From Girardia tigrina (Eukaryota): DNA of 54,499 nucleotides. Location: contig MQRK01183883.1 of the NCBI GenBank assembly GCA_001938485.1, positions 19,079-73,577 of the forward strand. Direction: 5' to 3'. Below, in pieces: positions 39,279-51,574 of this stretch. The notes under the pieces are model-generated. The model saw nothing but the letters and a program-made list of their open reading frames with translations, did no database searches and had not been told where the DNA came from. Positions within the stretch are counted from its first letter, which is position 1; each line of letters opens with the position of its first letter. A program made the position numbers and the translations under genes.

Positions 39279-41272
39279 CACTTGAACCAAGATTTAAACG
39301 GTAGATCGGTTCTTGAAAAAATTGTGTAATTCTAAATCTAATTTTTTACACTAAAAACCGTGTAAATCGAAAAAAACATTTAAAATAACTATTATTTAGT
39401 GTGTTTAATAATTTAATTCATAAATTTTAACGAACTCAGTTACGAACTCATGAAAATACAAGTGTTCAATTATTGTCATCACTGTCATCAGCTATTAATA
39501 TTTTCTTAACCGGCACGTTTTCATTTTCATCATTCGATATTGTTTCAAGTGGTTCTGGTCCTACCGTTAATAAATCTTTTACAGTTTCATGTGGCTGAGA
39601 CTTGGTAATGAAATCCGTAATGAGCATTTGTGTTTTTTTAGTTAGATTTTTATAGATTTCTTCATATTCAGCTAAAAATTGATTAATATTTCGCTGGAAC
39701 CGCAGAGCTCGTTCAACATTAGTGTCATGTTGCATAAAATGATGACATTCTTTTCGCGTAAATTGAATTCCTTCATGTACGACTTTAGCTGCAAATTCAA
39801 TTGGTTCGATTTCCTCATTATAATCACTATCTTGAAGAATTGTAATATTAACCATAGCAACCAAATCTGCCTCATCGAGTTCTTCATCCTTCATTAGTTC
39901 CACAAGTCTGTCTCAGTCAAATTATCGATACCTTCTGCTCCAACTGTTTGTACCAACTCAAAAATCTAAGAATATTCATGTCCCAATGATTCAGCAGTCT
40001 TATGTTCAACTACACCATTCTTTAAAAAGGACGGCAGTAACCCATGCCTTCTTATTAGTCATCCAATAAACAAGTAGGGTTTGGACATTAATACCTTTAA
40101 ACGCAAGTGGTGTTTTTGATTTGTTAATAACTAATAGTTTAATTCTATGATCACCTGAAGTGCTGCTACAGAAAAGAATTGTAATCCGATCTTTCGCTGA
40201 ATTATGGCCACTAGCTGTTTTGTGACCTTTAGCTAAATAGGTTCTCTTTGGTATTTTTTCCTGTCTCGTAAGAATTGAAAACCTGGTGAGCACTGTATGA
40301 ATTAGCGGTAACAATTTCATCTAATTTTGCTGGATATTTTTAAGCTGCATTTACATCACCAGATGCAGATTCATCTTTTATAGTTAGATTATGTAAAGTG
40401 TCGTTTTGAATATGTGGAACGAACTGTGACTGGCTGAAAATGTTGGTTTCTTTTCAACTGAAGATGTAGATGGGGACTGTTCTTGATTTTTTTCATAAAT
40501 CCTCAAAATCTTATTTGTGCTTGCGTTCATATCAATTGTAACCGTTTTTGACTTTGAACATCTATGCACAACATTAATGCCTTTATAATCATTTCAATCT
40601 AAATAACTCTCACATAAGAAGTTGTGCAGTCATTGCATTAGTTCCAGCTGATACACTTCTTCTAATGGAGCTCTCATTTTTTTCTTATTGTGGCTTCATT
40701 CATGGAATACGATTTAGCAACGTCTGTTATTCTTTCTCCATTACTTAGACGATCAAGAATTTTAATTTTGGTTTCTAAGATGATATTTTTTCTTTTCAAC
40801 TGTCGTTTCAGAATTTCCTTCGACATGGCTCAGCTTGAAAAATTTTACTTGAATTATGAATTAAAATGGTAAACTGTTTGTTACTATAAAATAACTTGCA
40901 GATTAAAAAATCTGACACAAAATTCAAAGCCTACTATCGCTTTAACGATAGAAATTCATTCTAATAAAATTTGTTCTTGATTAATATCACACACCATAGT
41001 AACTTTAAGAAATTCAGCGTTATATTCGGTGTATAAATTGTTGAGTCAGATTGGAAATACAGGCTGTATAGTGTGTATAGTGGTTAGATATTTAGATAAA
41101 ATTTTTATAAAGAAAGTTTATCGTCTTCAAAAATCTAATAGGAACTAAAACTGAAATAAATAAAAACCATAATCTACGGCTAATATGAAAATACATACAT
41201 ATTATGGAAAACGAGAAACCGAGTAAAATTGAAAACGTGTAAAAAAATACCGCGTAAATCGGCGCTCAAGTG
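39279..41272 (-). mobile_element. Tigger/pogo-like transposon, decayed
   Basis: TA-flanked imperfect TIRs (CACTTGAACCAAGATTTAAACGGTA vs CACTTGAGCGCCGATTTACGCGGTA); CENP-B-type HTH (KRKNIILETKIKILDRL), AKDRITILFC, LLVINKSKTP, NKKAWVT..LFKEW; acidic tail. Confidence 0.9.
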
Positions 41273-41299
41273 TATTTTAGAATAAAAAATTATACAAAA

Positions 41300-41912
41300 T
41301 TGGCTCAAGATGATAGCATTTTGATTGAGTTTTAACAGAGTGGATTGTGCGGCCGCAGTACTCCTGGATTGGGGGGCGGACTCGGGGTCGTGAGAAAAAA
41401 CTAGTCATGGTCTTACCCGAAGATTCCATACTTTTAAATCGGAATTTGGTACATCGAGAAGTCAAATGATAGATGATTCATATCACATAATTGCAAATCG
41501 AACAAAACCGTGTAGATTTGGATTTGACTTCCATTATTTGTCGTAACACAGACTGAGCGGCAGATGTCATCGAATCAGTTTCTTTCAGTCTATCTGACAT
41601 AGCAACATGCGAGAACCTTTTTACTTTCTCTCGAATAACAGCGATCCATTTTTCATCGGACGAGTTCAATTCAAGCACTCTATTCCGATAATGCCTCAGT
41701 TCAAAAAATTCATCGGCCGAAAAAGACAAATTAAATCCAATCGGATACATATTACGATCGACTTCGTTCGATTCTTTCTCTTTCCGATCTTCATTAGCGA
41801 TCATAGTTTGCACAAATTCTTTCCCTATCTTCACATTTCCTTTCAAAATCAATTGATAAAGACCGTCAATAAAACTACTATCAATTAATCGGTTCGTAAT
41901 CGAAATTTTCAT
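41300..41912 (-). pseudogene. Unidentified ORF remnant ending in a possible zinc knuckle (gag/ORF1-like)
   Basis: 144-aa ORF ending FCSICNYV, then NHLSFD and a Pro-rich stretch in a shifted frame; TCGA-rich; cut by the Tigger element. Confidence 0.35.
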
Positions 41913-42699
41913 CGTAATTAAATGATGATTTTATTGAGCTCATTGATTGCAATTTTTTAAATTGTCAATTAAATCGATCGATAACGATGATTTAAAATGT
42001 CAAATTACTCAAATATATCGATTATTTATTTTCGTGCAATCAAATAATCAAATCCGAACGATATTCAATCAAAACTTTATTTCTAATTGTACAAATATTT
42101 TTAATTACAATTTAATTCAAATTTTACCTATTTTTATTTACAATTTTAATTTACTCGATACAACAAAAACAATCGATCACTTCAAATTCAATCTTAACAA
42201 TTCTTGATATAAAAAATTCGGCTTTCCACGAAAAACTTCACTCACAAACCGGCACAAACTCAAATCATCAACACCGGCCGCAAAATTTACCAAAACTAAA
42301 CCTTTTTAATTTATTTCCATCAACGACAAACATTCCATTGATTTATTTAAACATAACTGATTCTACATTTCAGTGGTTAAACCGCATAATGTTAAGGTAC
42401 TTTTCCTATGGTCAAATGCGAAGTCGTTCAAACTTATTTACATCTTTTTGAAAAATCTTTTAAATTCAATTGATTAATCATCTGGTGATTTCCGAAACAT
42501 TTAAATACTCTTACTCTTATTGCTAAATTTTAGTTCTGTGGAAAGTTTGAACATTTAAAAATAATCACTTTTTAGTATGTTCATTTTCATCGATTTTGTT
42601 GATGAAACGTGAACAAGATTGAAAAATTATTCAATAGAAAGTTTTTGCATTGTGAATAACAAAAAAATATCATTTGAGTAACCTTTTATTATTTCAGTA

Positions 42700-42960
42700 A
42701 ATTTAACATAATGTTTCGTTCTTAATAGAACATCATCAAGTGGATCGTCCATTAAAGAACAAATTTAAAACATTCAAAATCAAATGAGAGTATGAGTGAA
42801 ACACTAAATATTTGTCAGAATTCTTATTGGATATAAATAATTTAAAAATAACTGTAAAATGAGATTTAGAACACAATCCTAATGTAGCGAAAGATTCTTC
42901 GCAGAACATGCTTTGGAAATTGATGATATAATTTTATGCTTTCAGGAATAAATGTTTCAA
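42700..42960 (-). mobile_element. Probable Penelope-like 3' terminus with hammerhead relic
   Basis: Reverse strand TTGATGA-T-GTTCT-ATTA-AGAAC-GAAAC at 42742-42704. Confidence 0.5.
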
Positions 42961-43411
42961 TATTTCTATTAACAACATCACAATTTGAATGCAAACATTT
43001 ATTTACAACACACACAGATTCTTCACAACAATTTTCAGTGGTCATCTTTCTTTGATTAATATAGTTTTTGATTAAATACTTANNNNNNNNNNNNNNNNNN
43101 NNNNNNNNNNNNNNNNNNNNNNNNNNNNNNNNNNNNNNNNNNNNNNNNNNNNNNNNNNNNNNNNNNNNNNNNNNNNNNNNNNNNNNNNNNNNNNNNNNNN
43201 NNNNNNNNNNNNNNNNNNNNNNNNNNNNNNNNNNNNNNNNNNNNNNNNNNNNNNNNNNNNNNNNNNNNNNNNNNNNNNNNNNNNNNNNNNNNNNNNNNNT
43301 TAGATTCAAATAATCAATCAAATAACATATCAATCCCATCTGAGTAGGAGAGTCACAAATCTAAACAGCATAAAAACAACAAACTTACAACATTCACAAT
43401 TATCCCTCACA
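42960..43411 (-). mobile_element. LTR, TGTGAGGAAT family (diverged, gapped)
   Basis: Reverse strand starts TGTGAGGGAT with core TCTCCTACTCAGATGGGATTGAT; 3' part reads MTTENCCEESVCVVNKC. Confidence 0.7.
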
Positions 43412-43508
43412 ATTTCAAAGTCAAATTTTTAAAGTTAAAATTATAACTATCGGAGAGTTTTTTTGGCACTTAAGGCTTTTGGCCACATCCTCATGTAACA
43501 TTATTCTA

Positions 43509-44838
43509 CAATGCGTTCCAAAAGTCTGTTCGCAGCCATTGAAATTTTGATTTATGCTATTTATTAAATTTTTCAATTTGTTTAAATGCTTTAATTTAAA
43601 TAATTTTAGTAAATTTAAAATTGAAATATCAAGACCATTTTTTTAAGATGAATTAATTAAATGTCTATCTTTTAGATTCAATGACAACTCGAAATATATA
43701 TATATAAGGTTTAGGATTATTATTGTAGAATTAATGAACGAGGGTCATTCAACGGGTCGGATACAAGAAATTATGAAGGTTAAGCATGGTATTATTGTTT
43801 CAAAGCAATGCATTCAAAAAATTATACATAAGTTCAAGACATTAGGTACATATGAAGATAAAAACGTAGTGGACGACCTTCAAAATTACCAAAACGTTCT
43901 GAAAGAATTATTCGCCGTATATGCTTGAAAAATAGGCGCATGTCGATAAGTAAAATAACAGGAGCTTTCAATGCAGCTGGAATGATACATGCATCACGAA
44001 GTACAGTGAATAGAATTTTGATAAAGTACGGCTTAAAAAGTCATTATGCTGTTTGCAAGCCTTTATTAAATGGAAAGCAACGAAAAAGAAGAGTTGAATG
44101 GGCTTGGGATAAACAAAATTGGGACATCGATAAGTGGTTGAATGTAGTTTCTAGCGATGAATCTATGTTCCGCACATATAGCCACACTCGTAGCGAAATC
44201 GTTAGAAGGTTTGACAATGAAAGGCTTAGTCACACTTGTACTAAGAAGGTCCTCCAACACGGTGCCCAAGTTCATGTATGGGGATCTTTCTCCAGATTTG
44301 GTGTTGGTATCTTTAAACGGATAAACGGAAATTTAAATTCAAAGAACTATCAAGTCCTAATTGTCAATGACATAGACATTACAGGGCAATGCTTGGTATT
44401 CCCTCTTCCAAATTTTATATTTCAGCAAGACAATGCGCTTTGCCATCGATCAGCATCAACAGTGTCTTTTTTGAAAACAAAGAAGATAAATATTCTTGAT
44501 TGGCCTGCCAACTCACCAGATGTAAACCCAATTGAGAATTTGTGGGGTATTATAAAGAGAAAAATAAATAATATGGATACTTTGAAATCAGAGAAAATGT
44601 GGATAGAAATACAAAAGTTATGGTACAACATACCAAGTTCTTTATGTTGTCGACTTGTCGATTCGTTGCCGCGAAGGGTGTCTTCAATCATCAAGATGAA
44701 AGGATACCACACAAAATATTAAAAATAACATTTTTATTTGTAAATATAATATTTACTTCCACTTCATCGTCTTTTTACTTAGGAATTTTATATAAGTGAT
44801 GATTTTTATGGGTGCGAACAGACTTTTGGAACGCACTG
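43509..44838 (+). mobile_element. Full-length Tc1 transposon (DD34E) with two 5' frameshifts
   Basis: About 31-bp TIR CA(A/G)TGCGTTCCAAAAGTCTGTTCGCA with TA TSDs; SSDES, QQDNA, NPIEN with 34 residues between the second D and E; frameshifts near 43700 and 43860. Confidence 0.97.
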
Positions 44839-45698
44839 TATAAATTTATTCTTAATAAATTTTATTTTCTAGTTAATTTTGTATTCAAAATCAGTAAATA
44901 TTAAATCATATCGACACTGTTTATTTTTCACCTGTCATTAATAATAATTATAAATATATTTCGTACAAATTGAAAGTGCATTATACATGTGCGTAATAAA
45001 TCATTTTTTAATACACTCATCATTCTTTTGATACGGCAACTTTAGAACAAAATAATGTAATAAAGTTATATATTTAAAAAGATAAAGTTAAAACGTTAAA
45101 ATCGAAATTTCTATAAAATATATCATTTATTAGTCACTTTTTAAAATATTTTTTTCTATTTTTGTACTTCTGAATTACCATCCCCATTCACATAACTGGT
45201 TGACCACCAGTGACTTGGGCAAATTAAAAACAATTGAACATTAAAAAGAGACATTAAAATAATGATATCTAAAAAAGAGACAAAAAGAATTGTAAATTGC
45301 ATTTCTGAATGAAGAGTAATTATTATTTTGTATATATAAATAGATTTTTATTATTTTAAAATTTGTGGAATTTATGTTCTGTCAAAATTAGACAACTTTT
45401 ACTTAAAAATAATAAACAGATTGTCAAAATTATTAAACATACTAAACATTTTTTAAAAAATATTAATCAAAATTGTAAATCAGATTTACAAAAAAGCTTT
45501 CAGGTGTACCTTTCGAATATAAAGGGTCTTTCTTACACAGTTAAGTGGAAAAAATTGCATATTTAATTTTCATTGATTTATCCAATTAATATGTGACAAA
45601 ATTGTGCACATTCTAATTTTATTTATTACTGTAGAAGTTCAAAATCATGAACTTTTGGACTCTTAATTTCATATTTAATGTATGATTGTTTATTTTAG

Positions 45699-45781
45699 AA
45701 AAACGGCGAAGAAATCAAAGAATTGACGAAGAAAAATAATCAAGTTGAAACTCTTTATAAAGACTTAAAGGAAAAATATAA
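45699..45781 (+). CDS. CCDC89: CCDC89-like exon (KNGEEIKELTKKNNQVETLYKDLKEKY)
   Basis: TTTTAG acceptor, phase 0 matching the donor at 25099; joined QGRIIK-KNGEEIKEL parallels the recalled CCDC89 segment RGKVLQNKQAEIxQL; GTACGT donor at 45782. Confidence 0.75.
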
Positions 45782-46476
45782 GTACGTTTTATGTCTTTGG
45801 GGAAATTTAAAATTGTTTTATTATTTTACTTTTCTTTCGTTCAAGACCGTATATAAATCCTTGTGATAACCATTAATAATTCAGATAATTAATATTGAAG
45901 AAAAATAGCGACTGCTTGAACATCAACTAAAATTGTTTTGATGTACATTATTGTTTTGATTTATTTTATTAATTAACGGTCAAAATTAATAATTGAAGAA
46001 TGAACAAAAAAATTCACAAATTTGAAATACTTTGAAAGAAACGAAATCTTACCAAGCTTCAAACACAACTTATACGAAGACGAAGTAAAAAACTAAGTTT
46101 AATCTCTTATGTGCCCAAGTTAGTTATCCTCGTCAGCAACAAATAAGGTGAATACATTTAGATAAACATAAATAGTACATAACACTGTCTAATTCGCAAC
46201 TATTTGCTTGTAAGGAATGCAGAAATATTCTTTATAAGACATATGTATACCTACATAAAATATATGAAAGCTATACTCTAGCTGGAGTATAAGAAAAAGC
46301 CACCTCAATAGAATAAATGAAACTTAAAAGGTTAAATGCGTAATTGCATCAATTGAGTATATTGGATTGAGTGTGATAAGTTTTATTTCAAAAATTAACA
46401 GTCGTTATCTTTGTTGTCTCCATTACCCGTTCAAGTAACGAAAGATTGAGAAAACTTATTGTTTTCACAAGCTGAA

Positions 46477-47230
46477 ATTGATAGCTGCTAATAATTGTTT
46501 TGCGAGAATGGAATTGATCGCATTTAATCTAATTTTATTTACTTTTTAAGAATTATGAAATTTTAGATGTGGTTGGCCCATCATTCGGTTGAAAACAAAA
46601 GTCCGTCACACACTTATTCAAATGTTATTTAATATCAACCAATAATGATCAATCTTAACGACAATTTCCGAATCTCTGTTTGAATATTTAAACAACTGGT
46701 TTTGAAATTTTTGAGAAATATTTTTATTTAAAGTTTATTAACCAATAACCTTAGCGATTCTTTTTTTAATTTTAATATTTAATTTAATTTTGTTTTTGAG
46801 AATTTAATTTTCCAAAATTCTTCTGGATTATTTTGTAGCCTTTATTTATTTTTTTTATTGTGAATTCTCTTTAATAAAATAATTTTAATGACTTTTACTT
46901 CCGATTAAAATCTTCTATTTCAAACTTTTCAGTCTTGTCAAAATTTTCATCTTGTTCTTAAGTTTCTAACACGAAATAAATTCATGTTTATCCAAGGATT
47001 TATTGGTAAAATGTTTTTTTAATTATTTTGAAGTCATTTATTATGTGTTAGTTTAATACACGGCATAGATTTGGTGGTGTTCACATAGGTGTCAGTGGAT
47101 CGTAAAGAACAGAACGATAGACTAAACATATTGTTTTCTCAAACGACATTTGATAATTGTCAATAGTTGTTTTGCGAGATTGAAATTGATCACGTTTAGT
47201 GTATTTTTACTTACTTTTAAGGAAAATGAA
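46477..47230 (-). repeat. Two diverged about 80-bp copies (46477-46560, 47150-47230), possibly Penelope N-terminal remnants
   Basis: Reverse strand DQFHSRKTIISSYQ vs DQFQSRKTTIDNYQ. Confidence 0.45.
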
Positions 47231-47689
47231 ATGCATTCATTTTTATCCAAAGATTTATGGATCAAAAAATATATTTACAAAATTTTTGCTTTAGTACACT
47301 GCGGTATATACTTTTTCGATGTGACAGTCGTTACACTTTCAAATTTGAATGATAATTTGATTCATAAACTAATCGTCAATAAATATTTATACTTTAAATC
47401 AATATTAGCACAATGACTGTATAATATATGAGTTGAATATTTTAATAAATGAAAACTAGTATCCACGTAATCTAACTATTTGGAAACGTCGGAAATAGAA
47501 AATACATGTTATTAAAAACTTAAAGATATCTTATTCTCTTTGGTCTTGATTTATCGGTAATAAATAAAGAAAAATAAATTATAAATATTATTTGTGTGAA
47601 TATGTCGTTTAAATCATTAAAGCATAGTAGCAGGGGGAAAATATATGTTTTGGACCCATCGATAATTGAACTCCCCAGAAGGGGGTTAC

Positions 47690-47935
47690 CCATTGCCATG
47701 GCTACGGTTCTGATTGGTTGGTGGTCCCCTAGCAACGGTCGAGATCACCCAAAAAACACTTCTGATTGGTCGGTGGTCCCCTAGCAACGGTCACCATCAC
47801 CTTAGCAACGGTAACCAAGGGACCGTTTTAATTAGCAACGGATATGGTAATTCAAGGCAGTTATAACCCTGGTAACGGTAACGGTAACTGTATTCATAGC
47901 AACCATGACCCTTTCCTTAGCAATCGTATAAAAAA
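47690..47935 (+). promoter_or_regulatory. Homotypic cluster of RFX X-box-like sites with CCAAT boxes and a TATA-like motif
   Basis: Five exact TAGCAAC sites, ATTGCCATGGCTAC, a 33-bp direct repeat containing TGATTGG and GTCCCCTAGCAAC, and TATAAAAA near 47927. Confidence 0.5.
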
Positions 47936-48328
47936 GTGCTAATTGATTTCTGCACAGTACCAAAATGTGCTATTCGATATTTTTAAAGTACTAATCAATA
48001 TTGCACATTGTGCCGTATATTTTTAATGTGCTAGCACAGTACTTTTCAAGCTGCACATATGGCAAAGTGCAAAAATCGATACATAAAATTTTCAAAAGTC
48101 AAAATCGATACCACGTGTTTGATACACATTTTGATTTTCTATCTTAATATGCAATTATATTCATATAATTGATTATTTTATATTTATTATATAAATTATA
48201 TTGATTATTTTGATTATTTTTTCATATAATTAATAAAATGTGCAAATTTACACAAAATACACATTGATTTTAGAGATACAAGAAAGCAGAATATCAATAA
48301 AGTCCTGATGCACTTGAATAGAAAGCCA

Positions 48329-48512
48329 TATACATACATTCAGATTCCATATCAACATTTTCGAAAAAGGGCTGAAAAATTATTATTTTCGAATATTTCT
48401 GAAATTCTCAAAAAAGTGCTTAAAAATTGATTTTTTCGTATATATATACGAAAAAAATCAATTTTTAAGCACTTTTTCGAAAATGTTGATATGGAATTTG
48501 AATGTATGTATA
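48329..48512. repeat. Long palindrome / nested inverted repeat
   Basis: Loop-less near-perfect palindrome 48411-48477 centred on CGTATATATATACG; outer arm 48329-48391 is also complementary to 48449-48512. Confidence 0.9.
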
Positions 48513-50088
48513 AAAAAAATATTAAATTGTGAAAATTGTTCGATTCTGGAAAAATCCAGTTTGGAAGAGAATGTTAATTGTAATATTTTTTTATCCGATA
48601 TTATTTTGATGATTGTGAAAGGAGAAAAAATTACCTTGAGTTTTGTTTTGTTGGAGTAATTTGAGATACCTGTAAATATGAGTGTGTTTTTGAGTGATGA
48701 AATTAAATTCGAAACGTGACTTAATATCGTTTTCAATTGATTAAAAAAAGTGAATTTCTTTTCTGGATACTGAATTGTGCTAATCGCGATGTTGAGAAAA
48801 ACCGCAAATATTGAAATTTCAAAAACATTGAAAGATACGATTTTCGATGCGCCGATTCTTCTCGTCGATATTATCAAACTCGAATCGATTTTAGATCGAA
48901 ATTTGAATAGAAATAATCAAATAAACGGCGCAGTGTTTCTGTGTGATCAACGAATAGAGAATTGTTCCAATAAGATTGGTTTTTACAAAACAAAATGTGA
49001 ATCAATCAATTCAAAAATCGATACTGAAATGGTTAAAGTATTTTGTGAAAGATTCGAAAGATTTAATGACAAATTGAATTCGATAAACGTTAGTTTTCAA
49101 ATGCTTTATCTATTCAGACCATCATCGACTAAATGCACGAAAAACATCCGATATAATGCAATCGATTGTCGGGCCGGATTACTGGCGTTGATCGCCGGCA
49201 ACGATGTGGATTTCTGCATTGTCTCCTCGGGCGAGAGAGCGAATATTGAATCGGTCGACTTGAGGGACAGGCTCGTGAATGTCGATCCGATTTAGTGGTG
49301 TTAGAAATTGAAAGAAGGGCAGTTTTATTAGATGTCGACAGAGAGACAAAAGAGGACGGCGCAAGATTAAGAAAAAAGTCAGGCATATAAATATTGCCGA
49401 GTTAGAAGCAGTCGTCAAGGTATTAACTTTATGTGTAAAGTGGGGAGTGATTGAGATTACGGTGAAATGTGATAAAAAATCGGTGGTGTCGTGGATAGAT
49501 GATACGATATCTAATATATCGAAATTAAGTACTGTTGCCTATTCGGAATTACTTATTAGACGACGTCTGACAATTATTATGGAAATTTGCGACGAATTTA
49601 AGATTAGGTTAAAGATAGAGTTTGTGCTAAGTCATTTTAATAAGGCTGATGAACTGACCAGAATACCGAAATTCCTAACGAAAAGTTTCTGTGGTTTACG
49701 ATGCCAGTGAGATTTAGAAGTTAGAACAATTTCATCAAATATGTCATTTAGGTGCGAACCGAATGAAGTATTTGGTGAAGAAGAGAATATTCAGGTGATT
49801 GATAAGGATATATTAAAATTAATATGAGGATGTCAACAGTGCCAATCTATCGATCTGGTGCCGGTTAAATGGGAGAAAGGCAGTTTATCTGTGAATGAGA
49901 ATTGGTTTAGATTGGCTATTGACGTCACAAAATGTATAATAGAAAGTTTTTGAGTTTGATTGATTGTAAACCATCTCGGTTTGCAATTTGGAGGGAAATT
50001 CGAGACGAAAGTAGTAGTTCGATTGTACTAGTGATGTACTCAATATTTTGTGAAAGGGTATGGATAATATCGAAATAAAATTATGAAT

Positions 50089-50218
50089 AAAATATATTTA
50101 AAGCATTATTAAAATTATTGATATTTATAAGTAGAAATATAGTAGAGATAATAAAGTAGAAATAAAAATATATTTAAAGCATTATTAAAATTATTGATAT
50201 TTATAAGTAGAAATATAG
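50089..50218. repeat. 54-bp direct duplication
   Basis: AAAATATATTTAAAGC...GAAATATAG at 50089-50142 and 50165-50218. Confidence 0.9.
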
Positions 50219-50354
50219 AGTGAAAAATATAGATGGTTTATTTGTTGTTGCTTAACTGTTGTAAAAAAATAAATGTAAATGTTATGAAAAAATAATAAAC
50301 AATTTAAAATGACTTTGTATTTTACATTTGTTTAAATATAGCGGACTCCTCATA

Positions 50355-51574
50355 CAGGGTGCGGCAGCTATTTGAGAACACGTAATATAGACACCATATC
50401 TTTTTGTGTGTTATAATTACATAATTTTATTTTTGCTGGTAGACATGGCAGAAGCTACTCTTACGAATGAAATGAAAAGGCATGCAGTTATTGTGTCATT
50501 AGCTGCAGGACACACCGAAATTGCTACATTTTTGAAAGTCGCCCGGTCGTTTGTTTTTAAAGTTCGTACAGAATTAGGAGCTGCGAAGGGTGATGGGGCT
50601 GAAGCTTCGCAACGGAAACAAGTTTGTAGACGTTNNNNNNNNNNNNNNNNNNNNNNNNNNNNNNNNNNNNNNNNNNNNNNNNNNNNNNNNNNNNNNNNNN
50701 NNNNNNNNNNNNNNNNNNNNNNNNNNNNNNNNNNNNNNNNNNNNNNNNNNNNNNNNNNNNNNNNNNNNNNNNNNNNNNNNNNNNNNNNNNNNNNNNNNNN
50801 NNNNNNNNNNNNNNNNNNNNNNNNNNNNNNNNNNNNNNNNNNNNNNNNNNNNNNNNNNNNNNNNNNNNNNNNNNNNNNNNNNNNNNNNNNNNNNNNNNNN
50901 NNNNNNNNNNNNNNNNNNNNNNNNNNNNNNNNNNNNNNNNNNNNNNNNNNNNNNNNNNNNNNNNNNNNNNNNNNNNNNNNNNNNNNNNNNNNNNNNNNNN
51001 NNNNNNNNNNNNNNNNNNNNNNNNNNNNNNNNNNNNNNNNNNNNNNNNNNNNNNNNNNNNNNNNNNNNNNNNNNNNNNNNNNNNNNNNNNNNNNNNNNNN
51101 NNNNNNNNNNNNNNNNNNNNNNNNNNNNNNNNNNNNNNNNNNNNNNNNNNNNNNNNNNNNNNNNNNNNNNNNNNNNNNNNNNNNNNNNNNNNNNNNNNNN
51201 NNNNNNNNNNNNNNNNNNNNNNNNNNNNNNNNNNNNNNNNNNNNNNNNNNNNNNNNNNNNNNNNNNNNNNNNNNNNNNNNNNNNNNNNNNNNNNNNNNNN
51301 NNNNNNNNNNNNNNNNNNNNNNNNNNNNNNNNNNNNNNNNNNNNNNNNNNNNNNNNNNNNNNNNNNNNNNNNNNNNNNNNNNNNNNNNNNNNNNNNNNNN
51401 NNNNNNNNNNNNNNNNNNNNNNNNNNNNNNNNNNNNNNNNNNNNNNNNNNNNNNNNNNNNTATGTACGTGTTAATATATGTAAAATTTTAAATTGTAATA
51501 AATGTTATTTTTCTGTTGTATATTAATTTTTTGAACTTTATGTCATTTTGTTCTCAAATAGCTGCCGCACCCTG
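50355..51574 (+). mobile_element. Tc1/mariner superfamily element, probably DD37D (maT); interior is an assembly gap
   Basis: Perfect TIR CAGGGTGCGGCAGCTATTTGAGAACA with TA TSDs; N-terminus EMKRHAVIVSL...EIATFLKVARSFVFKVR. Appears nested in an older TA-flanked MITE (about 50339-51744). Confidence 0.85.

Noticed and set aside
47690-47930. CRISPR-like or telomeric array
   Set aside because: Irregular spacing, no constant repeat-spacer period, eukaryotic context.
50406-51491. 361-aa and 294-aa ORFs (also 42866-43339, 25463-25651, 38148-38423)
   Set aside because: Lengths are artefacts of translating through N gaps.
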